The notes beneath the pieces are model-generated. The model saw nothing but the letters and a program-made list of their open reading frames with translations. It did no database searches and had not been told where the DNA came from. From NCBI GenBank assembly GCA_963743885.1, contig CAVURJ010000002.1, positions 433,706 to 497,705 on the forward strand: a DNA stretch of 64,000 bases. The letters are read 5' to 3'. Position 1 is the stretch's first letter. Every line of letters starts with the position of its first letter. This stretch comes from Candidatus Moraniibacteriota bacterium. GTDB taxonomy: Bacteria; Patescibacteriota; Minisyncoccia; Moranbacterales; UBA1568. Positions 20,310-28,451 of this stretch are shown here, piece by piece. The position numbers and the translations under genes are program-made.

Positions 20310-20765
20310 TCAGAGAGCCTTATCCTGCACCAGATTGTCAGGCATTGAGTAAAATATATTCTTTTTCATGAACGACTGCTCCTCTCCCTTCTTGTTCTTG
20401 TAGACCACCTCGATCACGGATGCCTTTAGGAAAACTCCTCCAGCTTTTTTTATAACGTCCCTGATGTCTGAATCGGAGATGTCTGGATCAACCTGCATTT
20501 GCCTGAGTGTTTTGGCATCGAGGTGCTGCTTGCTCTTTTTCAAAAGTGTTTTATCATCGAGGCCAACCTCTACCAGAAGAGACTTCCAGCCGTCTGAATC
20601 TTTGAGTTTTTGAGGATTTTTGGCGTAGGCCGGTGAAAATCCAGCCTCAGACATAGCCGGGCTTATTTTTCCACCATTTTCCAACGCAATCTTCAAAGCC
20701 TTTCTTTGTCGCATTGTTGGCTCTTTTTTCAGATTTTTTTTGCTCTTTACGGCCTTCTTCGGCAT
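20310..20765 (-). CDS. terS: Terminase small subunit, 151 aa
   Basis: N-terminal basic tail then RQRKALKIALENGGKISPAMSEAGFSPAYAKNPQKLKDSDGW, the characteristic HTH of Terminase_2-type small subunits. Located immediately upstream of terL. Confidence 0.6.
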   Translation of the reverse strand: MPKKAVKSKKNLKKEPTMRQRKALKIALENGGKISPAMSEAGFSPAYAKNPQKLKDSDGWKSLLVEVGLDDKTLLKKSKQHLDAKTLRQMQVDPDISDSDIRDVIKKAGGVFLKASVIEVVYKNKKGEEQSFMKKNIFYSMPDNLVQDKAL

Positions 20766-20773
20766 ACTTCTGG

Positions 20774-21166
20774 CTATTCCTTAGGCGAATAATATATATT
20801 TATATGCTTTATCTTGTGCACTAACATGTTAAGAGCAGACGAAAAGCCTTCTGCTGATTCCTGGGTAAATGCTCTCTCTGCCACATTACGATCGTGGATG
20901 CCTCTTTCATCGCATGCTTTTCGCAGCCATTCTCTCTCGCCTTCCACGACACAAAGAATCTTTTCTAGATATGATTCGACAGCTTTATCGCAGCATGAAA
21001 CCATATCCGTTCCGATCATGTCGGCATGGATACTCGGAGGGAGGACGAGATGTCTTCCTTCTTTTACATTTGCAAGTGGAGTAAACTTCTCACACGGACC
21101 AGCGTGCATCTTTCCACAAAAATCACACCATGTTCCTTCCGTTTTCTTCAATTGATCTCCTATCAT
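20774..21166 (-). CDS. Cys-rich hypothetical protein (CxxC...CC), ~130 aa
   Basis: Start moved to the internal Met (MIGDQL) so it does not overlap the next gene. Motifs WCDFCGKMHAGPC and VSCCDK. Confidence 0.3.
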   Translation of the reverse strand: MIGDQLKKTEGTWCDFCGKMHAGPCEKFTPLANVKEGRHLVLPPSIHADMIGTDMVSCCDKAVESYLEKILCVVEGEREWLRKACDERGIHDRNVAERAFTQESAEGFSSALNMLVHKIKHINIYYSPKE

Positions 21167-21170
21167 ATGT

Positions 21171-21383
21171 TTAAAAAATAGGCTTAGGAACTCGTCCGTT
21201 CTCACAGAGCTCACACTCAATCTCCGTCGTGGTGCAATGCTCACACATGCAGTCGTGCTCAGTGTATCCTTTCCCATCACACGCCGGGCATGGATCGGTA
21301 GACTCGAGAATATCAAGGCGCTCCCGGAGCATCTTGATGATCTTTATGAGGCTACTATCACCAAAGGCCTTTTCAGCCCCCAC
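21171..21383 (-). CDS. Small zinc-finger protein with DnaJ-type CxxCxGxG motif, 70 aa
   Basis: CPACDGKG...CMCEHC...CELCENG: four Cys pairs. Confidence 0.4.
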   Translation of the reverse strand: MGAEKAFGDSSLIKIIKMLRERLDILESTDPCPACDGKGYTEHDCMCEHCTTTEIECELCENGRVPKPIF

Positions 21384-21446
21384 ACGATTGAACGCTGACA
21401 GCAGCTCTTTTCCAATTCTTCGATTTCCTGTTCCATACCATTCCGG

Positions 21447-21746
21447 CTATTCCTTATCCTTCCCGAAAAACCCTGCCACCGCCTTCTTCAAAGAATCCAC
21501 CTTCTCAGCGATAAACGCCTTCCGCTGCTGCCGTGCGACATACCGCATGATCTTCTTCTGATTCGCCTCCATCTTCCGCTGCCGCTCCATCATGAACTCC
21601 GGGGACTGCTTCCCGATGAACTGCTTCAGCTGGAGAAGGAGATCAGCGAGATCCTCATCGCTGAGATAGGCTATCGGGCAGCTGCCACCGGACCATATCT
21701 CCAGACGGTCGTCATTCTTGTTGAACTTAAGCTTGAGCTTAGACAT
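21447..21746 (-). CDS. Hypothetical protein, ~100 aa
   Basis: ORF trimmed to MSKLKLKF to remove the overlap with 21751-22062. Confidence 0.3.
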   Translation of the reverse strand: MSKLKLKFNKNDDRLEIWSGGSCPIAYLSDEDLADLLLQLKQFIGKQSPEFMMERQRKMEANQKKIMRYVARQQRKAFIAEKVDSLKKAVAGFFGKDKE

Positions 21747-21750
21747 ACGG

Positions 21751-22062
21751 TTATCTGTTATCAAAATGGATAAAAATGCCCCTTCTCGTCGCCGGCGTGA
21801 TGATGATAGCGGCATCCTGCCGTATCCACCCGCCCCGGCGCAGGAACGACACGATAGGGGCTATATACGCCGATTCAGGAAACGTCCCGGCTCTGATGCC
21901 TATCTCAACCGCTATCGCCTCTTCTGGACGCGCTAGAGATGCCATGAGCGCATCCCTGACGGCATCCGTCATGGTAGTCTTGCGGGCGGAGCGGATTGCC
22001 CAATTCAGGCGCCGGTGCTCCTTCTGCGTAGCCACCTCGATGTCGATTTTTATTTGGGGCAT
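21751..22062 (-). CDS. Hypothetical protein, 103 aa
   Basis: ORF in the phage early region. Confidence 0.3.
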   Translation of the reverse strand: MPQIKIDIEVATQKEHRRLNWAIRSARKTTMTDAVRDALMASLARPEEAIAVEIGIRAGTFPESAYIAPIVSFLRRGGWIRQDAAIIITPATRRGIFIHFDNR

Positions 22063-22073
22063 ATGAAAAATAC

Positions 22074-22355
22074 TTAGATGTTCGGGTGCACCTCTGACTT
22101 AATACGACGTTCTAGGTCTTCGAGATGGCACTCGATACCTGAAATATTCCCTTCAAAATCCCTGAAGTCTCTGGTTGCTAATAGCTTCCCAACCTCTACA
22201 AATATCTCTTCCCATGATGGAACTAATGCGTCTCTAAAATGGAAAGCTTTACCAAACTCCTTCCGACGGACACTATCAGTAGCAGCCATCTTCTCATTGA
22301 GAAGCTCAAGCCTCTCACACTTTGCGACCAACTCCTCCTTCGTGACCTTAGACAT
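22074..22355 (-). CDS. Hypothetical protein, 93 aa
   Basis: ORF in the phage early region. Confidence 0.3.
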   Translation of the reverse strand: MSKVTKEELVAKCERLELLNEKMAATDSVRRKEFGKAFHFRDALVPSWEEIFVEVGKLLATRDFRDFEGNISGIECHLEDLERRIKSEVHPNI

Positions 22356-22366
22356 ATTCGTATTGC

Positions 22367-22582
22367 TTACTGGTTACCATCATTACTCTGAAACAGCTGC
22401 TCCTGACCTTCCGCCACCATGTTCGACCTCCGGCACTTCCGGCAGACATGATTCTCGGCGTTCGTCCTCCTGTGCGACTGCGCCCTATTGCCGCACTTGC
22501 ACCTGAAGTACCAGATCCTCCGCTCTTTGTATTTCTTCCCTTCCATACCGGTATCGCTAAAATCCTCCTGGACGCCTGACAA
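22367..22582 (-). CDS. Zinc-ribbon protein, 71 aa
   Basis: CKCGN...CRKC Cys pairs. Confidence 0.35.
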   Translation of the reverse strand: MSGVQEDFSDTGMEGKKYKERRIWYFRCKCGNRAQSHRRTNAENHVCRKCRRSNMVAEGQEQLFQSNDGNQ

Positions 22583-23003
22583 TCCCCGTCACAGCAGCGA
22601 AGGTCGACCGCCTGTCCTTCGACACCTCACAGGCCACCATATCGCCTTCAGCGAGACCGTAGAACGATACCGACTGCTGGATGACTTTGAACGTCTTATC
22701 CGAGACACGGACCGTATTGTCTCCCAGGTAGGTACCGAAGACACTCTCCCTATCCACGTGCCTCATCTGCTTGAAAAACATCGTCCCGTCGCTCTTGATG
22801 ACCATCTTGAGCGCGTCGCCATCTATGAGCTTCGACTTCGAGGCATAGTTCCCAGAAACCGGATACGTAGTCCCGTCAGCGACCATACCCTCCCCATCGA
22901 ACACTCCGTAGACGCAGGACAGCTCCCTTACCGGCTGGCTCCTTTTTGATAGAAAATCCACCATAATCGCTTTCTTTAGAATCTTGTTACTTTTCTGCCG
23001 CAC
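22557..23003 (-). CDS. Hypothetical protein, 148 aa
   Basis: ORF in the phage early region. Confidence 0.3.
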   Translation of the reverse strand: MRQKSNKILKKAIMVDFLSKRSQPVRELSCVYGVFDGEGMVADGTTYPVSGNYASKSKLIDGDALKMVIKSDGTMFFKQMRHVDRESVFGTYLGDNTVRVSDKTFKVIQQSVSFYGLAEGDMVACEVSKDRRSTFAAVTGIVRRPGGF

Positions 23004-23102
23004 CCATTGCAGCGCTTCAGCTTATACCCTCCGAAATCCCACCAGTGACCTTTCCGCATGACATTCCTTGATCCGCATGTCGGGCAGGCTCCAGTGATGA
23101 TC

Positions 23103-23333
23103 CTATACGTTCTCAAGAAAATCTTTCGGATCATATGCCTTGATGCTGTTTACGGACAATCGCCTCATCTCGTGGTCTTCCCGTATCTTCTGCTTCACGC
23201 CACGAATATCTTGGTAGCAGTGCCGGCAGAGGAAATGCTGCTGGTAGAGATCCACTATCGAGACTACGAACGGCTTCAGCTGGCAGTGGCTGCAGAGAAG
23301 CTTGTTTTTCTTTTTTTTGAATGGGAGCTTCAT
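23103..23333 (-). CDS. Zinc-finger protein, 76 aa
   Basis: CSHCQ...CRHC Cys pairs with a basic N-terminus. Confidence 0.3.
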   Translation of the reverse strand: MKLPFKKKKNKLLCSHCQLKPFVVSIVDLYQQHFLCRHCYQDIRGVKQKIREDHEMRRLSVNSIKAYDPKDFLENV

Positions 23334-23686
23334 AAGATCTCAATAATGACCATGTCCGACTCTTGCTTTCTCTTCGCTATAAGCGTCACCGACTCCACCA
23401 CCTCGCCGTTATCATCAGGTATCACCTTCGCCGCCACTATCCCGTCGATGATCGGCTTCACGTAGAGATTGTCTGGGTCTCGCCTGTTCCCTCCCTTGAA
23501 CCGAGCCTCGATGCTTATCCTGACCGGGGCGCTGACGACCCGCTTCTCCCTTGGTATCGCCAACGTCTCCATGTACACCACGTTCTTGATATCCGACATC
23601 ACGCTCGACCGCTTCCTCCCATGGAGATTCTGGATATCATTCCAGCTCGGGCAGTACAGGTTTTTTATTTCCAGACGCATAATCAT
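23330..23686 (-). CDS. rusA: RusA-like Holliday junction resolvase, 118 aa
   Basis: Size (~120 aa) and motif RRDPDNLYVKPIIDGIV matching the RusA D-x-D-N-x-x-K-x-x-x-D signature. Confidence 0.6.
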   Translation of the reverse strand: MIMRLEIKNLYCPSWNDIQNLHGRKRSSVMSDIKNVVYMETLAIPREKRVVSAPVRISIEARFKGGNRRDPDNLYVKPIIDGIVAAKVIPDDNGEVVESVTLIAKRKQESDMVIIEIL

Positions 23687-24063
23687 GCAAACTCTTCAGG
23701 TATCACTACATTGTCAGGATGCTCACGGAAGAGCTCAGCCATACGCTCTACCGGATACCCAGCTATCCCGCACCCGACCTTCGTCACGAGAAACGTATGC
23801 TTCGGCATCAGTCTCGCTGTACGGAAAAGCGTCTCAGCGCTCTCTTTCAACTCATCATCCGTACGCTTCTCGAAATCCTTTCCGAGAGTAGGGAAGGCGT
23901 AGCATCTACCAGTCAGACCTTCCCCCTTCCCAAAACATGCTCCGAACCTCTCGGAAGCAACCTTCGCGGCTCCTCCGGAATGGATACCTGCGAGATTGCT
24001 CCCGAAGACGAATATCTCTCCTTCCGCGAGCTCTTGGATGTTTTCCGGAGTGTACCTAGTCAT
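23683..24063 (-). CDS. Rossmann-like (SLOG/DprA-LOG-like) nucleotide-binding domain protein, tentative, 126 aa
   Basis: Strand-then-Gly-loop pattern IFVFGSNLAGIHSGGAAKVA and a later VTKVGCGIAGY. Family identity not resolved by eye. Confidence 0.25.
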   Translation of the reverse strand: MTRYTPENIQELAEGEIFVFGSNLAGIHSGGAAKVASERFGACFGKGEGLTGRCYAFPTLGKDFEKRTDDELKESAETLFRTARLMPKHTFLVTKVGCGIAGYPVERMAELFREHPDNVVIPEEFA

Positions 24064-25489
24064 ACCACTCTTCCTTTGGCACTTCCCGGATTACCTTAAG
24101 CTCTGACGTCCTGACCTTCCCATCACAGTCATTCGCGACCACTATCGACCTCTTCGGCACCTCACACTCGAGGAGCGCCATGTCTTCCCATCCACGTCCG
24201 AACGCGAGAGCCCAGTTCTTGTCCGCTACATGCAGGCCGTAGGAGCAGCTTGATTCCTTGTCTTTGTTCACTTCGCATTCCGACTTCTTCCCCACCTCAT
24301 ACATGAACGATCTATCATAATCGGAATAGAACCTCACATCTCTCTTGTGAACCGCCTTGTATAGAATCGCGTTCTTTCCCTTCACGACGATCGGATACCG
24401 CTTGGCATAATCCTCGAACGTCGGCTTGAATGCTGGTATCACGATGAGATGAGAATCCTTGTTCATCTTCACGGTGACATACTCCTTCTGTCCGTTCATG
24501 ATACGCACGACGTTGTATCCGTGGCACTCGATGGACTTCGCAGAATATGCCGATACCATCGCCTCTCCGTAAAGCTTGACCTGAGAGCTTTCCCGCATCT
24601 CGCGGACCTGAGAGCTTTCCCGCATCTCGCGGACCTGAGAGCTTTCCCGCATCACGCCGACCTGAGAGCTTTCCCGCATCTCGCGGACCTGAGAGCTTTC
24701 CCGCATCACGCCGACCTGAGAGCTTTCCCACATCACGCGGACCTGAGAGCTTTCCCGCATCACGCCGACCTGAGAGCTTTCCCGCATCACGCCGACCTGA
24801 GAGCTTTCCCGCATCTCGCGGACCTGAGAGCTTTCCCGCATCACGCGGACCTGAGAGCTTTCCCGCATCACGCCGACCTGAGAGCTTTCCCGCATCACGC
24901 CGACCTGAGAGCTTTCCCGCATCTCGCGGACCTGAGAGCTTTCCCGCATCACGCCGACCTGAGAGCTTTCCCGCATCTCGCGGACCTGAGAGCTTTCCCG
25001 CATCACGCGGACCTGAGAGCTTTCCCGCATCACGCCGACCTGAGAGCTTTCCCACATCACGCGGACCTGAGAGCTTTCCCGCATCACGCCGACCTGAGAG
25101 CTTTCCCGCATCACGCCGACCTGAGAGCTTTCCCACATCTCGCGGACCTGAGAGCTTTCCCGCATCACGCCGACCTGAGAGCTTTCCCGCATCACGCCGA
25201 CCTGAGAGCTTTCCCGCATCTCGCGGACCTGAGCATCTCCTGAAAGATTCAGGAATGCCTCACCTTTGGAAATGACAACCGCATTCTCAAAATTGCGCTC
25301 GTACACGATAGGATCCTCGTACGTACCACCTTCGATGTAGATCGTGCCTTCAAAATCAGGCTTGATCTTATCGAGGTCTTTTTGTTTTCTAACGATTATT
25401 TCCTTTGACATAGCCATTTTGTGCTTATGTTCTGAAATTAAGAGATACGCTATACCGACCGCTGCGGCGGAAAAAAATATCATAGTCAT
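24056..25489 (-). CDS. Membrane-anchored protein with ~24 in-frame 9-aa repeats (MRESSQV[GR][VE]) and a C-terminal globular domain, 477 aa
   Basis: N-terminal TM helix; central block encoded by the 27-bp tandem array; sensible non-repetitive N- and C-terminal sequence in the same frame. Confidence 0.5.
   Translation of the reverse strand: MTMIFFSAAAVGIAYLLISEHKHKMAMSKEIIVRKQKDLDKIKPDFEGTIYIEGGTYEDPIVYERNFENAVVISKGEAFLNLSGDAQVREMRESSQVGVMRESSQVGVMRESSQVREMWESSQVGVMRESSQVGVMRESSQVRVMWESSQVGVMRESSQVRVMRESSQVREMRESSQVGVMRESSQVREMRESSQVGVMRESSQVGVMRESSQVRVMRESSQVREMRESSQVGVMRESSQVGVMRESSQVRVMWESSQVGVMRESSQVREMRESSQVGVMRESSQVREMRESSQVREMRESSQVKLYGEAMVSAYSAKSIECHGYNVVRIMNGQKEYVTVKMNKDSHLIVIPAFKPTFEDYAKRYPIVVKGKNAILYKAVHKRDVRFYSDYDRSFMYEVGKKSECEVNKDKESSCSYGLHVADKNWALAFGRGWEDMALLECEVPKRSIVVANDCDGKVRTSELKVIREVPKEEWYD
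24578..25238. repeat. Perfect/near-perfect 27-bp tandem repeat array, ~24.5 copies (GACCTGAGAGCTTTCCCGCATC[T/A]CGC[G/C])
   Basis: Directly visible head-to-tail 27-mers with only 2-3 variable positions; all three frames on both strands stay open across it. Confidence 0.9.
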
Positions 25490-25866
25490 ACTCCTGCCGC
25501 TACCGGATTACTCTCGAGACTCTCCACGCGCGCCGACTCCTGCCCCTTCGCGAACTCCCTCCGCTCACGAAGCTTGCAGAGCGCACCGTACTTGAGTCTC
25601 AGGAACCGGTACTCCGGCAGCTTATCGACCACGAACGATCCTGTCGGATAGGCCTGACTGTATCGGAAAATCCCATTCTCATGCAGGTAGAGCTCAAACC
25701 CAGAAAGATTCCGCTCAAATCGCCCATACCCAGCGAGGACAGTGACCACCCGCTGCTCGTACGGCGCGAGCTCCTTCTCGAACTCGAGGACGACGCGCTT
25801 GTCGTTCTGGTTGTCGATGTTAAAAGGCTCTCCTCTCTCTTCTTGTGTTGTTTTAGTGAAACCCAT
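25486..25866 (-). CDS. Hypothetical protein, 126 aa
   Basis: ORF coupled (4-nt overlap) to the repeat-protein gene. Confidence 0.3.
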   Translation of the reverse strand: MGFTKTTQEERGEPFNIDNQNDKRVVLEFEKELAPYEQRVVTVLAGYGRFERNLSGFELYLHENGIFRYSQAYPTGSFVVDKLPEYRFLRLKYGALCKLRERREFAKGQESARVESLESNPVAAGV

Positions 25867-25871
25867 AAGGA

Positions 25872-26726
25872 TTACTTCTTTGCGTTGATTAGAAATGTCT
25901 TGAGCGTGTGGAGGTTAAAATCCGTCACGTAGTCCGCGGCCATCATGCGCTTTATCGCCGCGCCGATCTGGTCATCATCGAACACTGAGAGATCTTTCGC
26001 CGCCTTCATCATCGGCTTGGACCATGCATGCCACTGGGCTACCGTCCGGAATCCAGGATCTCGTCCGGAGATACGGAGCTCATCCGCCCACTCCGCGATG
26101 ATCTTGATATGCCGAGACTCATGCCGGCGGAACCATTCCACGAACTGGAAGCACTGCATCGGCTCATGATTCTCGCAAAGGTACCGTCCGCGCATCGGGG
26201 CATTCTTGCATCCCTCTTTCGCACACGTGGAGGCCGGTGCGCCTTGCGCAGCGGAACCTTCTCTTTGTGTTACCTTCTCTTCTGTGTTACCTTCCATTGC
26301 CCTGGTGTCACCCGGCTTTATGTCGTTTTTGTCACCCGGACCGGTTGCCCGTATGTCACTCGGCTCCGGTTGCCCTAGTGTCACCCGGCTCGACTTCCAT
26401 TGCGATTGATCGACGAGGACGTATATATTCTTCATCTGACGCTTCGTCCTCTCATCCCTCCGTCGGATGACAGTGATGATAGAGCACTCCTCAAGCTTCT
26501 TGATTGACCGTATGACAGTGCGAGTAGTCATGCCATGCTGCTTGGCTATCCCAGCGATGCTTGGGAAGCATTCCTGACGCGTGTCAGCGTGCCGGCAGAG
26601 GCTCATGTAGACGCATGTTGCCGCTGCACCACAAATCTCCGAATATCCTCCATCGAGGTACTCGTCATCAATGCGGAACATCTGCCGGCGCCGCTTATCC
26701 CTGATCTCTATCTGCTTATCTTGCAT
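25872..26726 (-). CDS. Phage replication initiator/replisome-organiser-like protein with winged HTH, ~285 aa
   Basis: wHTH segment SIAGIAKQHGMTTRTVIRSIKKLEECSIITVIRRRDERTKRQMKNIYVL. Internal iteron-like DNA repeats. Start taken at the internal Met (MQDKQIE). Confidence 0.45.
   Translation of the reverse strand: MQDKQIEIRDKRRRQMFRIDDEYLDGGYSEICGAAATCVYMSLCRHADTRQECFPSIAGIAKQHGMTTRTVIRSIKKLEECSIITVIRRRDERTKRQMKNIYVLVDQSQWKSSRVTLGQPEPSDIRATGPGDKNDIKPGDTRAMEGNTEEKVTQREGSAAQGAPASTCAKEGCKNAPMRGRYLCENHEPMQCFQFVEWFRRHESRHIKIIAEWADELRISGRDPGFRTVAQWHAWSKPMMKAAKDLSVFDDDQIGAAIKRMMAADYVTDFNLHTLKTFLINAKK
26290..26400. repeat. Iteron-like direct repeats (TGTCACCCGG x4, CCGGTTGCCC x2, CTTCCATTGC x2) inside the replication gene: candidate origin
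   Basis: GGTGTCACCCGGC, TTGTCACCCGGA, ATGTCACTCGGC and GTGTCACCCGGC at ~25-bp spacing. Confidence 0.5.
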
Positions 26727-26971
26727 ACACGATTCCTTCTGATCACCCAGCAATGGTTTAGCTGCCCGTACGCCCCCATCCGACACTCATCCGTCTTGAT
26801 GAGCATTCCGACCTTCGTCATGTCGGTCATCGCCCGCCTGATCGAGGTGATTGGCGCTCTCAAACCGGAGAGCTTCAGCACTTCGAACGGCGTGAACGAC
26901 AGTCCGCGATTCTTCCCAGAGAAGACCTCAAGGATCTTCTGTTCCTGGAAATTAGCGTTCTTGATACCCAT
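26708..26971 (-). CDS. Small winged-helix DNA-binding protein (regulator/excisionase-like), 87 aa
   Basis: ..LSFTPFEVLKLSGLRAPITSIRRAMTDMTKVGMLIKTDE.. helix-turn-helix pattern, upstream of the replication gene. Confidence 0.35.
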   Translation of the reverse strand: MGIKNANFQEQKILEVFSGKNRGLSFTPFEVLKLSGLRAPITSIRRAMTDMTKVGMLIKTDECRMGAYGQLNHCWVIRRNRVCKISR

Positions 26972-27002
26972 ATGATGCGTTTAATGTTCATCGGGCGCCC
27001 TA

Positions 27003-27581
27003 TTAGAACTGCTTGATGTATTCGCAGCTCTCCGTGGCGTCACCGGTGTTGTAGAGGCAAAGAAGCTGCTTATCGCTCATTCCGAGCGCCTTCCTATGTG
27101 CTACCCAGCCGGCCACCGCCTTTGTATCCTCGTCCTTCTCGAAGCAGACATAGCTCCCGTCGCCCGGGATGTCGAATCCATACCGGTTATACTTTCCGAT
27201 AGCCTCGCACTTGGAGTAGTTCTTCACTCCGCGCGAAGACTCCTTCATGAAGATGTAATCGACGAGATCCTTTTCAGGCGCCGCCTCTACCTCGATCTGC
27301 TTCGCATACGCCACAGGTACAATCGACGGATTCTCGAATGCGAAGTCGTTCGGCTTGATGAAGTCAGCTGTCTCCTCCCTGACGAATCGCATGGTATCTG
27401 CGCCTTCGTAGCGGTAGGAAATGATGCTGAACGTCCATCCTATGCCAATCGAGAGCATGAGAGCTCCGATGAATACCTTGGAAGACGTGATGCGCTTGTA
27501 CTGCTTTCCGGCATACTGCCAAATAGGGCGAAATGCCTGCCTAACCTTGAGCTTGATGATGAACCACATATGATTCTGCAC
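27003..27581 (-). CDS. Membrane-anchored hypothetical protein, 192 aa
   Basis: One N-terminal TM helix and a Cys-containing extracytoplasmic domain. No recognisable motif. Confidence 0.3.
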   Translation of the reverse strand: MQNHMWFIIKLKVRQAFRPIWQYAGKQYKRITSSKVFIGALMLSIGIGWTFSIISYRYEGADTMRFVREETADFIKPNDFAFENPSIVPVAYAKQIEVEAAPEKDLVDYIFMKESSRGVKNYSKCEAIGKYNRYGFDIPGDGSYVCFEKDEDTKAVAGWVAHRKALGMSDKQLLCLYNTGDATESCEYIKQF

Positions 27582-27626
27582 AGCTCACCCAACTGTTTGT
27601 TTTTATTTTTTTAATGCTAGATTCCG

Positions 27627-27941
27627 CTAGATGACATCGGCGCGATTGATGCTGCTCCTGATTCGACGAGAAGTTCCTTCAAGGCTCTGGCAGATTTCTC
27701 CGACTGCCGCTGCCGTCTTTGAAGAAAAGGCTATCTCTCTATCATCGCCAGTAACATCACAACCAAGAGTGTTTGGCCTCTGATCAATGGCACATGAAAA
27801 CTTTTCTTCAAGAAGCGTGGCAAGTTCAGCGAACTCTTTTGCTATGCAAGTAGCCCTGAGAAGCTGCTCTCTGAGAGAACCCTCTTCAGCTGGACACTCG
27901 TCTCCTGGATGCTTGGACGCTGCTTCGCAATTTAAAATCAT
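27627..27941 (-). CDS. Hypothetical protein, 104 aa
   Basis: Right-most ORF of the phage-like block, with an AT-rich putative promoter region to its right. Confidence 0.3.
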   Translation of the reverse strand: MILNCEAASKHPGDECPAEEGSLREQLLRATCIAKEFAELATLLEEKFSCAIDQRPNTLGCDVTGDDREIAFSSKTAAAVGEICQSLEGTSRRIRSSINRADVI

Positions 27942-28330
27942 ATGAAAAATGTGATTGGTTTTTTATCAGAGGATCGACCACTTTTTTTTCCTCCTTTCGA
28001 TGAGCTAGGGGGTCTTTCCCTATCGACTCTATGCTCACCGAAAGCAAACAAAAAAAGCTTCTTACGTTTGTAAAAAGCTTTCTTTTTTGCCTTATTTAAG
28101 CACTATGTCCTGCAAGGAACATTATGAGACATTGTATATAAAAACCCCTGGAGAATAAAAGTCTATAAAATGCCTGGCGCGGATATCCGTTTTTATTCCG
28201 TATCACGATATATTTCATCTCTTCGTGTCTACTTCCTCCCCGTCGAGGATCCCTGATATTTTTCCGCTGATCTTTTTTTAAAAAAATAACGGGTATTTAT
28301 TAAGCCCGATTTTACCAGCACTCGCTCGGA

Positions 28331-28354
28331 AACGTCCCGCCATGGCGGGACGTT
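28331..28354. other. Perfect 24-bp palindrome AACGTCCCGCCATGGCGGGACGTT
   Basis: Exact reverse-complement symmetry in the AT-rich intergenic region between the phage block and the GGDEF gene. Confidence 0.9.
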
Positions 28355-28394
28355 TCACTCGCTTCGTTTGATAATAGCAAATAGAATAAAAAAA

Positions 28395-28440
28395 TCCGGG
28401 GGTGTTCCTTGTTCGGAAACTCCCCCGATTTTTATGCGTA
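28395..28440 (-). terminator. Rho-independent terminator after the GGDEF gene
   Basis: Minus strand reads CGGGGG-loop-CCCCCG followed by ATTTTTTT, just downstream of the stop at 28452. Confidence 0.55.
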
Positions 28441-28451
28441 TCAGTTTTTGC

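Noticed and set aside
24578-25238. Could the 27-bp repeats be a CRISPR array?
   Set aside because: The repeats abut one another with no spacers. The array lies in frame inside a long ORF with sensible flanking protein sequence, and no cas genes are nearby.
24315-25243. ORFs 24315-25136(-) and 24449-25243(+) (GKLSGRRDA... and RAFPHLADL... repeat proteins)
   Set aside because: Alternative-frame or antisense translations of the same 27-bp array. A period divisible by 3 with no stops keeps all frames open. Only the 24056-25489 frame has non-repetitive flanking sequence.
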